The translations under genes and the position numbers were made by a program. From the NCBI RefSeq assembly GCF_044324785.1, contig NZ_CP172127.1: a stretch of 64,000 nt of DNA. The stretch is one strand, 5' to 3'. Below, in pieces: positions 9,105-21,119 of the stretch (position 1 is its first letter; the number at the start of each line of letters is the position of its first letter). Below the pieces are notes generated by a model. It had not been told where the DNA came from, did no database searches, and saw only the letters and a program-made list of their open reading frames with translations. This DNA comes from Escherichia coli. Its GTDB lineage: Bacteria > Pseudomonadota > Gammaproteobacteria > Enterobacterales > Enterobacteriaceae.

Positions 9105-10166
9105 TTATTTTTCGCTGGGCGTTTTGCCTTTTTGCAGCGTTTCTTTCACCTGACCGATAAGCTGACGACGGAAATCCCCAAGGCGAGGTTTGTCATCGTC
9201 AATCCACGGCAGAGGGCGGCAAAGCTCCATAGCTTTAATCCCCAGTCGTGCCGTCAGAAGTCCAGCACCAATCCCCTGAGCTGCCCGGGTAGACAAACGC
9301 GCAGCGAGATCTTGCGACATCCAGTCCATCCCCACTTCGCGCACCAGTTCGCTGGCCCCGGCGAAAGCGATATTCAGCAATACCAGCTTAAACAGGCGCA
9401 AACGGCTGTAATATCCCAGTTCAATGCCATACAGCGTGGCGATGCGATTGATCAAACGCAGATTGCGCCAGGCGATAAATGCCATATCCACCAGCGCCAG
9501 CGGGCTAACGGCGATCATCAACGTTGATTCCGCTGCCGAACGGCTGATTTCGCGCCGCGCCTGGGCATCTAAAACTGGCTGGACCAGATGAGCATACAGG
9601 CTGACCACTTCACGATCGTTCTGCGTTTCATGGATTGAGGCATACCAGCGTTGCAGTGCCGGATGCGACTGGTCGATGCCCGCCTGCTGCGCCAGTTTTT
9701 CGCAAAATGCGCGGCCTTTACCCGTGCCGTGACTGTGCAACAAATCGCGCGCTTCGTCGCGTTCATGGGCGCGCTGTCGCAAGCGCCATAAGCGCCGCCA
9801 CTCTGTTACCACAGAACCTACGCCAGCGCCGATAATCAATGCCCCAGCGGCACATCCACCCAGCGCTACCCAATCCTGAGTTTGCCAGGCGTTCATTGTC
9901 CACTGTACGCCCTGCCCGACAACGCTTGCGCCAAACAGAGCCAGCCCGCCCATCACCATTTTGCGCCACAGGCTGCGTTTCGGACGTAACGCTGCGTCCA
10001 TCACCGCTTCAACTTGCCCTTCTTCTTCCGGTGCTTCGTCGAGCGTGGCCGGAGCAAAATTTTGCGCCTGATTTTCGTCAAAGGTCTGCTGCGCCCTGAA
10101 TTTTGGATTCTGATCGACCTCCAGTGGACCGTCGAAATCAATACGTGGTTTTAACGGTTCGGTCAT
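9105..10166 (-). CDS. ycjF: Inner-membrane protein YcjF (DUF697)
   Basis: 353 aa; overlaps the ycjX stop by 4 bp. Confidence 0.85.
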   Translation of the reverse strand: MTEPLKPRIDFDGPLEVDQNPKFRAQQTFDENQAQNFAPATLDEAPEEEGQVEAVMDAALRPKRSLWRKMVMGGLALFGASVVGQGVQWTMNAWQTQDWVALGGCAAGALIIGAGVGSVVTEWRRLWRLRQRAHERDEARDLLHSHGTGKGRAFCEKLAQQAGIDQSHPALQRWYASIHETQNDREVVSLYAHLVQPVLDAQARREISRSAAESTLMIAVSPLALVDMAFIAWRNLRLINRIATLYGIELGYYSRLRLFKLVLLNIAFAGASELVREVGMDWMSQDLAARLSTRAAQGIGAGLLTARLGIKAMELCRPLPWIDDDKPRLGDFRRQLIGQVKETLQKGKTPSEK

Positions 10167-11560
10167 CGCAATTTATCTCCTATTAAAAATTCCAGCGCAG
10201 CATCAAGACGAATATGCGGCAGCGGTTTGTCGACATCCATCACCTGCGGACGAAACGCCTCAAACTGGAAGCCTTGCTTATCCCAGAACGCCTGACCAGG
10301 TAAACGTGCGGGAACTTCGCCAGGATAAACAGTGAGCGGTGCGCCATCGCTGAGTCGATTACCGCGCAGCGCCGGGATTTTCTCACCGTTAACATCAATA
10401 ATGCCGCTGGTGGTCGCCTGAACTGACGCCAGCCCCAGGCAGTCCATGCTGATCCCTTCGAAAGCCGCATTTTGCCAGGCATCCTGAATTAGTTGTTGCA
10501 GTAATGAAACCATATTGGCGTGCTGATCGATGGTCACATGGTCTGCTTTAGTGGCAGCAAACAATAGCTTATCGATAACCGGCGAAAACAAACGCCGGAA
10601 CAGGGTTCGCTGCCCGTAGTGGAAACTTTGCATCAGCTGCGTCAGCGCCAGACGCATATCATTAAATGCCTGTGGCCCACTGTTGAGAGGCTGCAGGCAA
10701 TCCACCAGCACAATCTGGCGGTCAAAGCGCAGAAAATGATTCTTATAGAATCCCTTCACCACTTTCTCGCAGTAATAATTAAACCGCTCGCGCAGCATTC
10801 CGGCATTGGTATGCTTATCGGCCTGCGCCAGTTTGGACTCGCCCCAGGCATCGACATCCGGCCACGGGAAGAATTGCAGCGCGGGCGCACCTGCCATATC
10901 TCCCGGCAAGACAAAGCGCCCAGGCTGAATAAAGTGCAACCCCTGCTGTTTGCAGTGGTGGAGATACTCGGTCCAGGCGGCGGCAATGTCTGCCAGCCGG
11001 TTTTCGTCGGCAGGCGCTAGCGGATCCAGCCCTTCGCACATCATTCGCCATTTCGCCGACCATTCGCCGCGCTGACCATTAAGTAAGCCCGTCATCTGGC
11101 GCGACCAGCTTAAATAGTCCTGCGCCAACATCGGCAGATCGAGCAGCCATTCGCCGGGATAATCCACAATCTCCAGATACAGCGTGGAGGTGTCCTTGAA
11201 GTGGCGTAGCAGCGAATCGTTCGATTTAAAACGTAACGCCAGGCGAATTTCACTGACGCCGCGCGTAGGCGTCGGCCAGGCGGGAGGATCGCCATATAAC
11301 TGCGCCAACCCTTCATCATAGGTGAAGCGCGGAATGCCAAAGTCACGCTGGGGAATGCGTTTTACGCCCAGCAGGCGCTCTTCACGCACCGCACTTAAAA
11401 GCGGCAAACGTGCTCCGGCATGAATATTGAGCAACTGATTAACCATCGCGGTGATAAACGCTGTTTTGCCGCTGCGGCTAAGTCCGGTTACAGCGAGGCG
11501 CAGATGTCTGTCGACACCCCGATTCACCAGCGCATTAAGTTCATTTTTAAGTCGCTTCAT
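10163..11560 (-). CDS. ycjX: P-loop NTPase YcjX (DUF463)
   Basis: 465 aa; Walker A GLSRSGKT. Confidence 0.85.
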   Translation of the reverse strand: MKRLKNELNALVNRGVDRHLRLAVTGLSRSGKTAFITAMVNQLLNIHAGARLPLLSAVREERLLGVKRIPQRDFGIPRFTYDEGLAQLYGDPPAWPTPTRGVSEIRLALRFKSNDSLLRHFKDTSTLYLEIVDYPGEWLLDLPMLAQDYLSWSRQMTGLLNGQRGEWSAKWRMMCEGLDPLAPADENRLADIAAAWTEYLHHCKQQGLHFIQPGRFVLPGDMAGAPALQFFPWPDVDAWGESKLAQADKHTNAGMLRERFNYYCEKVVKGFYKNHFLRFDRQIVLVDCLQPLNSGPQAFNDMRLALTQLMQSFHYGQRTLFRRLFSPVIDKLLFAATKADHVTIDQHANMVSLLQQLIQDAWQNAAFEGISMDCLGLASVQATTSGIIDVNGEKIPALRGNRLSDGAPLTVYPGEVPARLPGQAFWDKQGFQFEAFRPQVMDVDKPLPHIRLDAALEFLIGDKLR

Positions 11561-11678
11561 TGCTGTCCTGTGCCAGAAAGCTGTAGAAAGGATTAGATAC
11601 TGGAGATAATAATGTGGGTTAATTTTGATTTATCAAATGAATAAGCGGCGTTGTTTACACCGCTCAATAAGTAATTTG

Positions 11679-11993
11679 TTAACCTTTGACCTTCGGCATT
11701 GCGATGTCTTTCAGGCCACCGGCGTTCTCAACGTGGGTATATCCCATCTCGCTAAGGATCTCTTTTGCCTGCCCTGACTGGCGTCCGGCATTGCAATACA
11801 CTTTCACGGTGTCGTTTTTATCCGGAACGGCGGTGGCAATGCGCTCTTTTACTTCCTTCAGGGGAATATTGATGGCCCCCTGAACGTGCTCTTGCTGATA
11901 CTGCTCTGGAACACGAACATCGATCCAGTGTTCAGCGGCGAAAACGGGCAGTGAAAACACCAGTGTCAGAGCAAGTAAGCCTTTTTTAAACAT
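11679..11993 (-). CDS. pspE: Periplasmic rhodanese (thiosulfate sulfurtransferase) PspE
   Basis: 104 aa with signal peptide and active-site Cys (YCNAGRQS). Confidence 0.9.
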   Translation of the reverse strand: MFKKGLLALTLVFSLPVFAAEHWIDVRVPEQYQQEHVQGAINIPLKEVKERIATAVPDKNDTVKVYCNAGRQSGQAKEILSEMGYTHVENAGGLKDIAMPKVKG

Positions 11994-12067
11994 GTAAGCG
12001 TCCTTCTATGGATGAAAATTGCCATCCATAATATGCCTTAGCTTTAACAATTTTTGCGAAACTCCCC

Positions 12068-12289
12068 TCACCTTTTATAACGCTGCGCCAGTTTATTGGC
12101 AGCCCGACTTAACAGCGGTTCCAGCGCCACGGCCAGCAACATTTTCAGTGGTCGGCGAGCAACTGATTTTATCGCCCAGCCAGCTACACCCGCCGGGCCA
12201 TAGCGCAGTGCGGTAAGAAGTACCAGCTTGCCTGCTAATTTGAAACCAGGCTTCACCTTTTGCCCGGCCTGTTGCCAGCGAGTATTCAT
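12068..12289 (-). CDS. pspD: Phage shock protein D
   Basis: 73 aa from [10 protein letters not shown]. Confidence 0.85.
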
Positions 12290-12297
12290 AACTTTCC

Positions 12298-12657
12298 TCA
12301 CAGTTGACGGAAACGGCTACGTAACGTGAAAGTATCGGAAGTGACATAACGTTCCATCTCGCGTAAACGCGTTTCACTTGCCGCCAGTTCACGGTCGACT
12401 TCATCCAACAATTCGCTGCTGGAAGGTAGCTGCTCACCAAAGGCCATGTTGTCCGGCATTGGATCAAGCGCAAATGACAAAATGATGTAAGCAACCAGGG
12501 TAAACAGCGCCAGACCGAAGAAAATCGACAGCACCACCAGGATACGCACCAGTTTTACCGGTACATCAAAATAGTTGGCAATCCCGGCGCAAACGCCGCG
12601 TACCATGCCCTGCTGCGGAATACGCCATAATTTTTTATTGAGATTAATGCCCGCCAT
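12298..12657 (-). CDS. pspC: Phage shock protein C
   Basis: 119 aa; membrane segment. Confidence 0.9.
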
Positions 12658-12881
12658 TAGCGATCCCTCCAGTTCGGATGTTCTGCATCAAGAATAGATT
12701 CCAGCGCCTGAGTACGTTCGCGCATCCGTTTTGCTTCATCAGCCAGTTGCGCTAATCGCTGCTGCTCACTTTGCGACAATTCACTGCGACCAGAACGATT
12801 GCTGTAATGCAGCCATAACCAGATCGGTAAAACAAACAGCACAAAAATGGTTAACGGAATAGCCAGAAATAGCGCGCTCAT
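12657..12881 (-). CDS. pspB: Phage shock protein B
   Basis: 74 aa; single transmembrane helix. Confidence 0.9.
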   Translation of the reverse strand: MSALFLAIPLTIFVLFVLPIWLWLHYSNRSGRSELSQSEQQRLAQLADEAKRMRERTQALESILDAEHPNWRDR

Positions 12882-12934
12882 AAGGACTCCTTAGACGATG
12901 AGCGGCGGCGCGTTCGGACGCCGCCTGGATGTTA

Positions 12935-13675
<741 letters not shown>

Positions 13676-13769
13676 TTATCTTTTTGATTTATAAAGATCT
13701 GATTGAAGAATCAACAGCAGCATGCCAGGATAAGTTAGCGAATTACACTAACAAGTGGCGAATTTCATC

Positions 13770-14747
13770 ATGGCAGAATACAAAGATAATTTACTCGGCG
13801 AGGCGAACAGCTTTCTCGAAGTGCTGGAACAGGTTTCGCATCTCGCACCGCTGGACAAACCGGTGCTCATCATCGGCGAGCGCGGCACAGGTAAAGAGCT
13901 GATTGCCAGCCGTCTGCATTATCTCTCCTCCCGTTGGCAGGGGCCGTTTATTTCCCTTAACTGCGCGGCGTTAAATGAAAATCTGCTGGATTCCGAACTG
14001 TTTGGTCACGAAGCGGGCGCGTTTACCGGTGCGCAAAAACGTCATCCAGGGAGATTTGAACGTGCCGACGGCGGTACGCTATTTCTTGATGAACTCGCTA
14101 CGGCACCGATGATGGTACAGGAGAAATTATTGCGCGTGATTGAGTACGGTGAACTGGAGCGCGTTGGCGGCAGCCAGCCATTGCAGGTGAATGTGCGGTT
14201 GGTATGCGCGACGAATGCCGATCTCCCGGCGATGGTCAATGAAGGTACTTTTCGCGCTGACCTGCTCGACCGGCTGGCTTTCGATGTAGTGCAACTGCCG
14301 CCCCTGCGCGAGCGCGAAAGCGACATTATGCTGATGGCAGAACACTTTGCCATTCAGATGTGTCGGGAAATCAAGCTGCCTCTGTTCCCGGGGTTTACGG
14401 AGCGCGCCAGAGAAACATTGCTGAATTATCGCTGGCCGGGAAATATTCGTGAATTGAAAAACGTGGTGGAACGTTCAGTGTATCGCCACGGCACCAGCGA
14501 TTATCCGCTTGATGACATCATTATTGATCCCTTTAAACGGCGTCCGCCTGAAGACGCTATCGCCGTTTCAGAAACCATCTCGCTTCCAACACTGCCGCTG
14601 GATTTACGTGAGTTTCAGATGCAGCAGGAAAAAGAGTTGCTGCAACTCAGTTTGCAACAAGGGAAATATAACCAGAAGCGCGCGGCTGAATTACTGGGGT
14701 TAACCTATCATCAGTTCCGCGCGTTGTTGAAAAAGCACCAGATTTAG
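13770..14747 (+). CDS. pspF: Sigma-54 activator PspF
   Basis: 325 aa from MAEYKDNLLGEANSF; GAFTGA motif. Confidence 0.9.
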   Translation: MAEYKDNLLGEANSFLEVLEQVSHLAPLDKPVLIIGERGTGKELIASRLHYLSSRWQGPFISLNCAALNENLLDSELFGHEAGAFTGAQKRHPGRFERADGGTLFLDELATAPMMVQEKLLRVIEYGELERVGGSQPLQVNVRLVCATNADLPAMVNEGTFRADLLDRLAFDVVQLPPLRERESDIMLMAEHFAIQMCREIKLPLFPGFTERARETLLNYRWPGNIRELKNVVERSVYRHGTSDYPLDDIIIDPFKRRPPEDAIAVSETISLPTLPLDLREFQMQQEKELLQLSLQQGKYNQKRAAELLGLTYHQFRALLKKHQI

Positions 14748-14768
14748 CGAAGTTGGGCAATACAACTT

Positions 14769-14786
14769 GCCGGATGCGGCGTGAAT
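14769..14786. repeat. Left half of a REP (palindromic unit) split by the IS insertion
   Basis: GCCGGATGCGGCGTGAAT; joins with 16219-16236 to reconstitute a canonical REP. Confidence 0.7.
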
Positions 14787-14828
14787 TGAACTGCACCCCA
14801 AATGTTGGACATAATCTGACATCTGAAG

Positions 14829-15359
14829 GTGCAGTTTATGAAACATTCATTTGAAGTAAAACTTGCCGCTGTAAATCATTACCTGGCTGGTCATGCAGGC
14901 ATCATTTCTACGGCAAAACTCTTTCAACTTTCTCACACCAGCCTCTCACACTGGATTAATCTTTTTCTTCTTCACGGTCCTCGGGCACTGGATTGCAGAC
15001 ACAAGCGTAGCTATTCTCCTGAAGATAAACTTTGCGTGGTTCTTTATGCTCTCGGGCATTCTGAGTCTCTACCCCGGGTAGCTGCCCGGTTTAACATTCC
15101 CAGCCACAACACGGTTAAAAACTGGATAAAAGGCTACCGCAAATCTGGTAATGAGGCCTTTATCAGGCGCAGGAAGGAGAAAAGCATGACCCGTTCTGAT
15201 GATACCCATGAAAACGAGGCAAACATGACGCCGGAAGAGATGAAGAATGAGCTGCGTTATCTTCGCGCAGAAAATGCATATCTGAAAGCCATGCAGGAGC
15301 ATCTCCTGGAAAAAAAGCGCCAGGAGCTGGAGAAAAAACGAAAGTCATCCGGAGCCTGA
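14829..15359 (+). CDS. IS3-family transposase OrfA (helix-turn-helix, leucine zipper)
   Basis: 176-aa ORF; A-rich slippery stretch GAGAAAAAACGAAAG near 15335-15350. Confidence 0.8.
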   Translation: MQFMKHSFEVKLAAVNHYLAGHAGIISTAKLFQLSHTSLSHWINLFLLHGPRALDCRHKRSYSPEDKLCVVLYALGHSESLPRVAARFNIPSHNTVKNWIKGYRKSGNEAFIRRRKEKSMTRSDDTHENEANMTPEEMKNELRYLRAENAYLKAMQEHLLEKKRQELEKKRKSSGA

Positions 15360-15463
15360 GGTGCGGACACTGCCAGTCTGACCTGTTAAAGGCTGCAGGG
15401 CTGGCCAGAAGCACGCTGTACTACCAGCTGTCACTGCAGAAGGCTAAGGACAAGTATGCTGAT

Positions 15464-16218
<755 letters not shown>

Positions 16219-16287
16219 GAATGCTTTATCCGGCATACATAATCAATACGTCGTTTGCAGGCCTGATAAGCGCAGCGCATCAGACAT
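16219..16287. repeat. Right half of the interrupted REP plus a second inverted REP (BIME remnant)
   Basis: GAATGCTTTATCCGGCATAC, then GCAGGCCTGATAAGCGCAGCGCATCAGAC. Confidence 0.65.
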
Positions 16288-16313
16288 TATTGCGTTGACC
16301 CTGCTTCTGCGTA

Positions 16314-17579
16314 TTAATCTTTCAGCGCATCCTGCAAAATTTTCATTGCCGCATCGAATTGCGCATCCGGGATGGTCAGCGGATACAGGAAACGAATCAC
16401 GTTGCCGTATGCGCCACAGGTCAGCAGAAGCAGCCCCTGCGCCAGCGCGCGTTGCTGGATTTTCTGTGCAATCGCCGCTGACGGCTCGCCCGTTTGCGGA
16501 TCGTTAAACTCTGCCGCAATCATAGACCCCAGACCGCGTACCGCCGCGATGGCCGGAACGCTTTCTTTGGCATCAATCAACGTGTTTGTCAGGCGCTGGC
16601 CCAGTTGATTCGCGCGTTCACAGAGTGATTCTTTGTCGATAATGTTGAGCACAGCGTGCGCGGCAGCCACCGCCAGCGGGTTCCCGGCGTAAGTACCACC
16701 CAACCCGCCCGGCGCGGGCGCGTCCATAATATTCGCGTTACCGACCACGCCCGAAAGCGGCATGCCGCCTGCGAGGCTTTTCGCCATCGTCATTAAGTCC
16801 GGCTTATCGGCGTAGTGATCCATGGCAAACAGTTTACCGGTACGCGCAAAGCCGCTTTGCACTTCATCGGCAATCATCACAATGCCGTGCTCGTCGCACA
16901 GGCGGCGAATGGCGGCAACCAGCTCTTTGGGTGCAACGTTGAAACCGCCCTCGCCCTGCACCGGTTCGAAAATAATCGCCGCCACCTGCTTCGCTTCAAT
17001 GTCCGATTTAAACAAGCGTTCGATGGCGTCGAGGGAGTCCTGCGTTGAAACGCCATGTAAATCTGACGGATAAGGTACGTGATATACCGAACCGGGGAAC
17101 GGGCCGAAGCCGATTTTGTACGGCGCGACCTTTCCGGTCAGCGCCATGGTCATATATGTACGACCGTGGAAGCCGCCGCTAAACGCAATCACGCCAGGGC
17201 GTCCGGTATGGGCGCGGGCGATTTTCACCGCGTTCTCCACCGCTTCCGCACCGGTAGTGAAGAACGCAGTTTTAGCCTGCCCGCTCACCGGGGCAAGGGC
17301 GTTGATTTTCTCCGCCAGGGTGACGTAGCTTTCGTACGGCACAATCTGATACGCCGTGTGGGTAAACTGTTGCAATTGCTGCTCCACCGCCGCGACCAGA
17401 TCAGGGTGGCGATGCCCGGTATTCAGCACCGCAATGCCTGCGGCGAAATCGATATATTCGTTGCCCTCTACATCCTTCAGCGTGGCGTTTTCTGCCGACT
17501 GGGCGAAGAAGTTACACATCACGCCAACCCCGCGTGGGGTAGCAGAAAGACGACGCTGATGGAATTCATTGTTGCTCAT
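16314..17579 (-). CDS. puuE: 4-aminobutyrate aminotransferase
   Basis: 421 aa; PLP aminotransferase class III. Confidence 0.9.
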   Translation of the reverse strand: MSNNEFHQRRLSATPRGVGVMCNFFAQSAENATLKDVEGNEYIDFAAGIAVLNTGHRHPDLVAAVEQQLQQFTHTAYQIVPYESYVTLAEKINALAPVSGQAKTAFFTTGAEAVENAVKIARAHTGRPGVIAFSGGFHGRTYMTMALTGKVAPYKIGFGPFPGSVYHVPYPSDLHGVSTQDSLDAIERLFKSDIEAKQVAAIIFEPVQGEGGFNVAPKELVAAIRRLCDEHGIVMIADEVQSGFARTGKLFAMDHYADKPDLMTMAKSLAGGMPLSGVVGNANIMDAPAPGGLGGTYAGNPLAVAAAHAVLNIIDKESLCERANQLGQRLTNTLIDAKESVPAIAAVRGLGSMIAAEFNDPQTGEPSAAIAQKIQQRALAQGLLLLTCGAYGNVIRFLYPLTIPDAQFDAAMKILQDALKD

Positions 17580-17616
17580 GTTTCACACCTTTTGACTCTT
17601 CACTGTTAATCGGAAA

Positions 17617-18897
17617 TTAAACGCCCAGACGATCGCGCAGGCTGTAATAAGCCGCGCCCATCGCGGTAAATGGCACGCGCAGCGTGCGCCCGCCGGGGAA
17701 CGGGTAATGCGGCAGATTGGCGAAGGCGTCGAAGCGTTCGGCGTCACCGCGCAGCAGTTCAGCAATCAAACGCCCGGCAAGATGGGTACAGGTGACGCCG
17801 TGGCCGCTGTAACCCTGCATGTAATAGATGTTGGTATCAAGGCGACCGAACTGCGGCATGCGCGACAAGGTCAGCAGGAAGTTGCCCGTCCAGCGGTAAT
17901 CAATTTTCACGCCCTTCAGCTGCGGGAAGGTTTTCAGCAGTTTCGGCACAACAAGACGCTCAACGTCATCTGGGTCGCGCGCGCCGTAGACCACGCCGCC
18001 GCCGTACAGCAGGCGGTTATCGGCAGTCAGGCGGTAGTAATCAAGCAGATAGTTACAGTCTTCCACGCAGTAGTTTTTCGGGATCAGCGAACGGGCTAAA
18101 TCATCGGAAAGCCGCTCGGTGGTGATCACCTGCGTACCGCACGGCATGCTGCGTTTCGCTAGTTCCGGCTCTACTTTATCGCCCAGATACGCATTCCCGG
18201 CGACAACCACATACTTCGCCGTCACCTGACCATTGGCAGTCCGCACCACGGCTGGCGTGGTGTGCTGGATCTGCGTCACGGCGGAAAGCTCATACACGCG
18301 CCCGCCGTTCAGGCGGATGGCATCGGCTTCACCAATGGCGAGGTTTAGCGGGTGAATATGCCCACCGCTGTGATCCAGCAGCGCACCAGTGTAGCGATCG
18401 CTGGCGACCTCGCGGCGAATAGCGTTGGCGTCCAGCAGCTCCAGCTGTTTATTGCCGTAGCGTTCCCAGTTCTCTTTCTGCTCTTCGAGTGTGGCGAGTT
18501 GTTTATCATTCATCGCCACAAACAGACCGCCGGGGCGATAGTCGCAGTCAATCTGATAACGTTTGATACGTTCGCGGATGATCTCGCCACCCTCGAACAT
18601 CATGCTGCCGAGCATACGGGCGGTGTCCATGCCGTAGCTTTTTTCGATCACGTCGATGTCGCGGCTGTAGGAGTTCACAAGCTGCCCGCCGTTGCGTCCG
18701 CTTGCGCCGAAGCCGATGCGTGAGGCTTCAAGAACCACCACGTCAAAGCCCGCTTCTGCCAGATGCAGCGCGGAGGAAAGCCCGGTATAGCCGCCGCCGA
18801 CCACGCAAACATCGCAGGAAATCGACTCATTCAGTGTGTCGAATGGCGCGTATTTATTCGCACTGGCGGCGTAATAACTGCTGGTATGTTCGGTCAT
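17617..18897 (-). CDS. puuB: Gamma-glutamylputrescine oxidase (FAD)
   Basis: 426 aa; N-terminal GGGYTG FAD-binding motif. Confidence 0.9.
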   Translation of the reverse strand: MTEHTSSYYAASANKYAPFDTLNESISCDVCVVGGGYTGLSSALHLAEAGFDVVVLEASRIGFGASGRNGGQLVNSYSRDIDVIEKSYGMDTARMLGSMMFEGGEIIRERIKRYQIDCDYRPGGLFVAMNDKQLATLEEQKENWERYGNKQLELLDANAIRREVASDRYTGALLDHSGGHIHPLNLAIGEADAIRLNGGRVYELSAVTQIQHTTPAVVRTANGQVTAKYVVVAGNAYLGDKVEPELAKRSMPCGTQVITTERLSDDLARSLIPKNYCVEDCNYLLDYYRLTADNRLLYGGGVVYGARDPDDVERLVVPKLLKTFPQLKGVKIDYRWTGNFLLTLSRMPQFGRLDTNIYYMQGYSGHGVTCTHLAGRLIAELLRGDAERFDAFANLPHYPFPGGRTLRVPFTAMGAAYYSLRDRLGV

Positions 18898-18898
18898 T

Positions 18899-20386
18899 TC
18901 AGGCCTCCAGGCTTATCCAGATGGTTTTCAGTTCGGTGAATTTTTCAAGGGCATGCAGGGATTTGTCGCGACCGTTGCCGCTCTGCTTATAGCCGCCAAA
19001 CGGCACTGTCATATCGCCATCGTTGTAGTTATTGACGAAGACGGAACCGGCTTTCAGGCGGCGACTCATGCGGTGCGCGCGGGAGAGGTCGCGCGTCCAT
19101 ACTGCCGCGCCGAGGCCGTACTGGCTGTCGTTAGCAAGCTGAAGCGCCTGATCTTCTGATGTGAAACGCGTGACCACCAACACCGGGCCGAAAATCTCTT
19201 CGCGGCTTAAGGACGCATTCGGGTCTACATCCACAAAGATGGTCGGGCCGATGGCGGCAGCCAGCTCGGCGTTACGGCCATCCAGCAGCAGTTGCCCTTT
19301 GCCTTCGCCTTCACGAATAAAGCTATGCACCGAGTCGGCGTGGGCGCAGTCGATTAAGGTGCCCATGGTGGTTGCGGGATCAAGTGGATGGCCCGGCTGC
19401 CAGTTTTGCGCCTGCTGTTTTAACAGGGCTAAGAATTCATCGGCGATGCTCTCTTCCAGCAACAAACGCGTTCCGGCGATGCACACCTGGCCCTGGTTGT
19501 AGAAAATGCCTGCGGCGGTGGCGCTTGCCGCCTGTTGCAAATTCGGGCAGTCGGCGAAAACGATGTTGGCGCTTTTGCCGCCCGCCTCCAGCCAGACGCG
19601 TTTCATGTTGCTGTCGCCCGCGTCCTTCAGCAGCTGTTTCCCGGTGCGGGTTGAGCCAGTAAAGGCAATGGCATCGATATCGTTATGGCGCGAAAGCGCC
19701 TGCCCGGCTTCATGACCAAAACCCGTCACCACGTTCAACACACCATCCGGCAGCCCCGCGTCTTTCGCCAGCCCCGCGAGACGAATCGCACTGAGCGGTG
19801 ATTTTTCAGACGGTTTTAGAATCACGCTGTTTCCCGCCGCCAGCGCCGGGCCGAGTTTCCAGCAAGTCAGCAGCAGCGGGAAGTTCCACGGCACGATGGC
19901 GGCAATCACGCCGACCGGTTCACGCACGATCATCGCCAGCTCATGGCTACTGGTGGTCGCCACTTCGCCATACACTTTGTCGATCGCTTCGGCGTACCAG
20001 CGAATGGCGCGCGCCGCGCCGGGAATATCATCACGCAGGCTGTGACGAATCGGTTTACCGGTGTCGAGCGTTTCCAGCAGTGCCAGCTCTTCGGCGTTGG
20101 CTTCCATTAAATCGGCGAGTTTATTCAGTACCGCTTTACGTTTAGCCGGAGAAGAGAGTGACCAGTCGCCGCGTTCAAATACGCCGCGTGCTGCGCTCAC
20201 CGCACGGTCGATATCGACGCTCTTGCCGCGGGCAATTTTCGCCAGCGGTGCCTGGGTGACCGGATCAACGGTTTCAAAAGTTTCATTTTCCGCCGCAGCA
20301 GTATATTCACCGTTAATAAATAAGCGGGTTTCAATGGCGAGACTTAACGCTTTATCCTGCCAGTAAGCCAGATGATGAAAATTCAT
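18899..20386 (-). CDS. puuC: Gamma-glutamyl-gamma-aminobutyraldehyde dehydrogenase
   Basis: 495 aa from MNFHHLAYWQ (ATG at 20384-20386, AGGAG upstream). Confidence 0.9.
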   Translation of the reverse strand: MNFHHLAYWQDKALSLAIETRLFINGEYTAAAENETFETVDPVTQAPLAKIARGKSVDIDRAVSAARGVFERGDWSLSSPAKRKAVLNKLADLMEANAEELALLETLDTGKPIRHSLRDDIPGAARAIRWYAEAIDKVYGEVATTSSHELAMIVREPVGVIAAIVPWNFPLLLTCWKLGPALAAGNSVILKPSEKSPLSAIRLAGLAKDAGLPDGVLNVVTGFGHEAGQALSRHNDIDAIAFTGSTRTGKQLLKDAGDSNMKRVWLEAGGKSANIVFADCPNLQQAASATAAGIFYNQGQVCIAGTRLLLEESIADEFLALLKQQAQNWQPGHPLDPATTMGTLIDCAHADSVHSFIREGEGKGQLLLDGRNAELAAAIGPTIFVDVDPNASLSREEIFGPVLVVTRFTSEDQALQLANDSQYGLGAAVWTRDLSRAHRMSRRLKAGSVFVNNYNDGDMTVPFGGYKQSGNGRDKSLHALEKFTELKTIWISLEA

Positions 20387-20535
20387 TATGACTCCTGTTT
20401 CACGTCTATCAGATATATGCAGTTTGTGAACGTCAGGGCGCAGAGATCCCCGGGCCGTATGCCCGTTTATTTCTGGCGACATTCTTTATAGATTGCCGGG
20501 CGCATTGCGCTTACCCGGCTTACAGAACAAAAAGA

Positions 20536-21093
20536 TTAAAACGTGGTGGGCGTATGGGCGCTGATAATTCGGCAAATACCTGCCGACGTATTACTGAAAC
20601 TGTGCGGGATGCCGGTATTAATGGCATAACTTTGCCCCGCGACGAGGTGGTAATCCTGACCATTAATCGTCAGAACAATTTCACCTTCCAGTACAGTGCC
20701 TATTTCCTCACCCTGATGCTTAATTCTTTCCCCAGTGGTTGTGCCCGGCTGGTAAGTTTCAAAGATCATCGCCAGCGTGCGATTCGGGTTACCGTTATGA
20801 ACCAGCTTCATTGACACACCCTGACTGCCCATCTCAATTAAGTCGTCCTGATTAATGACGACCTGCGGCTCATCAGGTTTTTCCGGCTCGGAAAAGAATT
20901 CCGAGAGTGACAGACCATACACCTTCAGCAGCTTTTGCAGCGTACTTATGGCAGGGCTGACTTTATCTTGTTCTATCGTACTGATAGCACTGTGAGTCAG
21001 CCCGGAGAGTTCGGCGGCACGACGTTGTGAAAGCCCCTGCTGCTGGCGGATTTCCGACAAGCGTTTTCCTGGCGCCAGTCCCTCATCACTCAT
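20536..21093 (-). CDS. puuR: HTH/cupin repressor PuuR
   Basis: 185 aa. Confidence 0.9.
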   Translation of the reverse strand: MSDEGLAPGKRLSEIRQQQGLSQRRAAELSGLTHSAISTIEQDKVSPAISTLQKLLKVYGLSLSEFFSEPEKPDEPQVVINQDDLIEMGSQGVSMKLVHNGNPNRTLAMIFETYQPGTTTGERIKHQGEEIGTVLEGEIVLTINGQDYHLVAGQSYAINTGIPHSFSNTSAGICRIISAHTPTTF

Positions 21094-21119
21094 ATTTGCA
21101 TTTCCTTAAACTGTAGTGG

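Noticed and set aside
9105-11560. ycjX-ycjF as a candidate novel NTPase/membrane-protein system
   Set aside because: Both are conserved, already-annotated (though poorly characterised) genes cotranscribed with tyrR; nothing in the sequence here goes beyond the known arrangement apart from the adjacency to pspE, reported separately.
16295-19500. Numerous 60-130-aa ORFs overlapping puuE, puuB and puuC on the opposite strand
   Set aside because: All lie within well-supported genes and have no ribosome-binding sites or coherent protein-like composition; typical shadow ORFs.
20483-20535. GCCGGGCGCATTGCGCTTACCCGGC hairpin between puuR and puuC as a possible REP
   Set aside because: Only loosely REP-like; more simply read as a stem-loop in the puuR-puuC intergenic region, and I could not decide between REP and terminator by eye.
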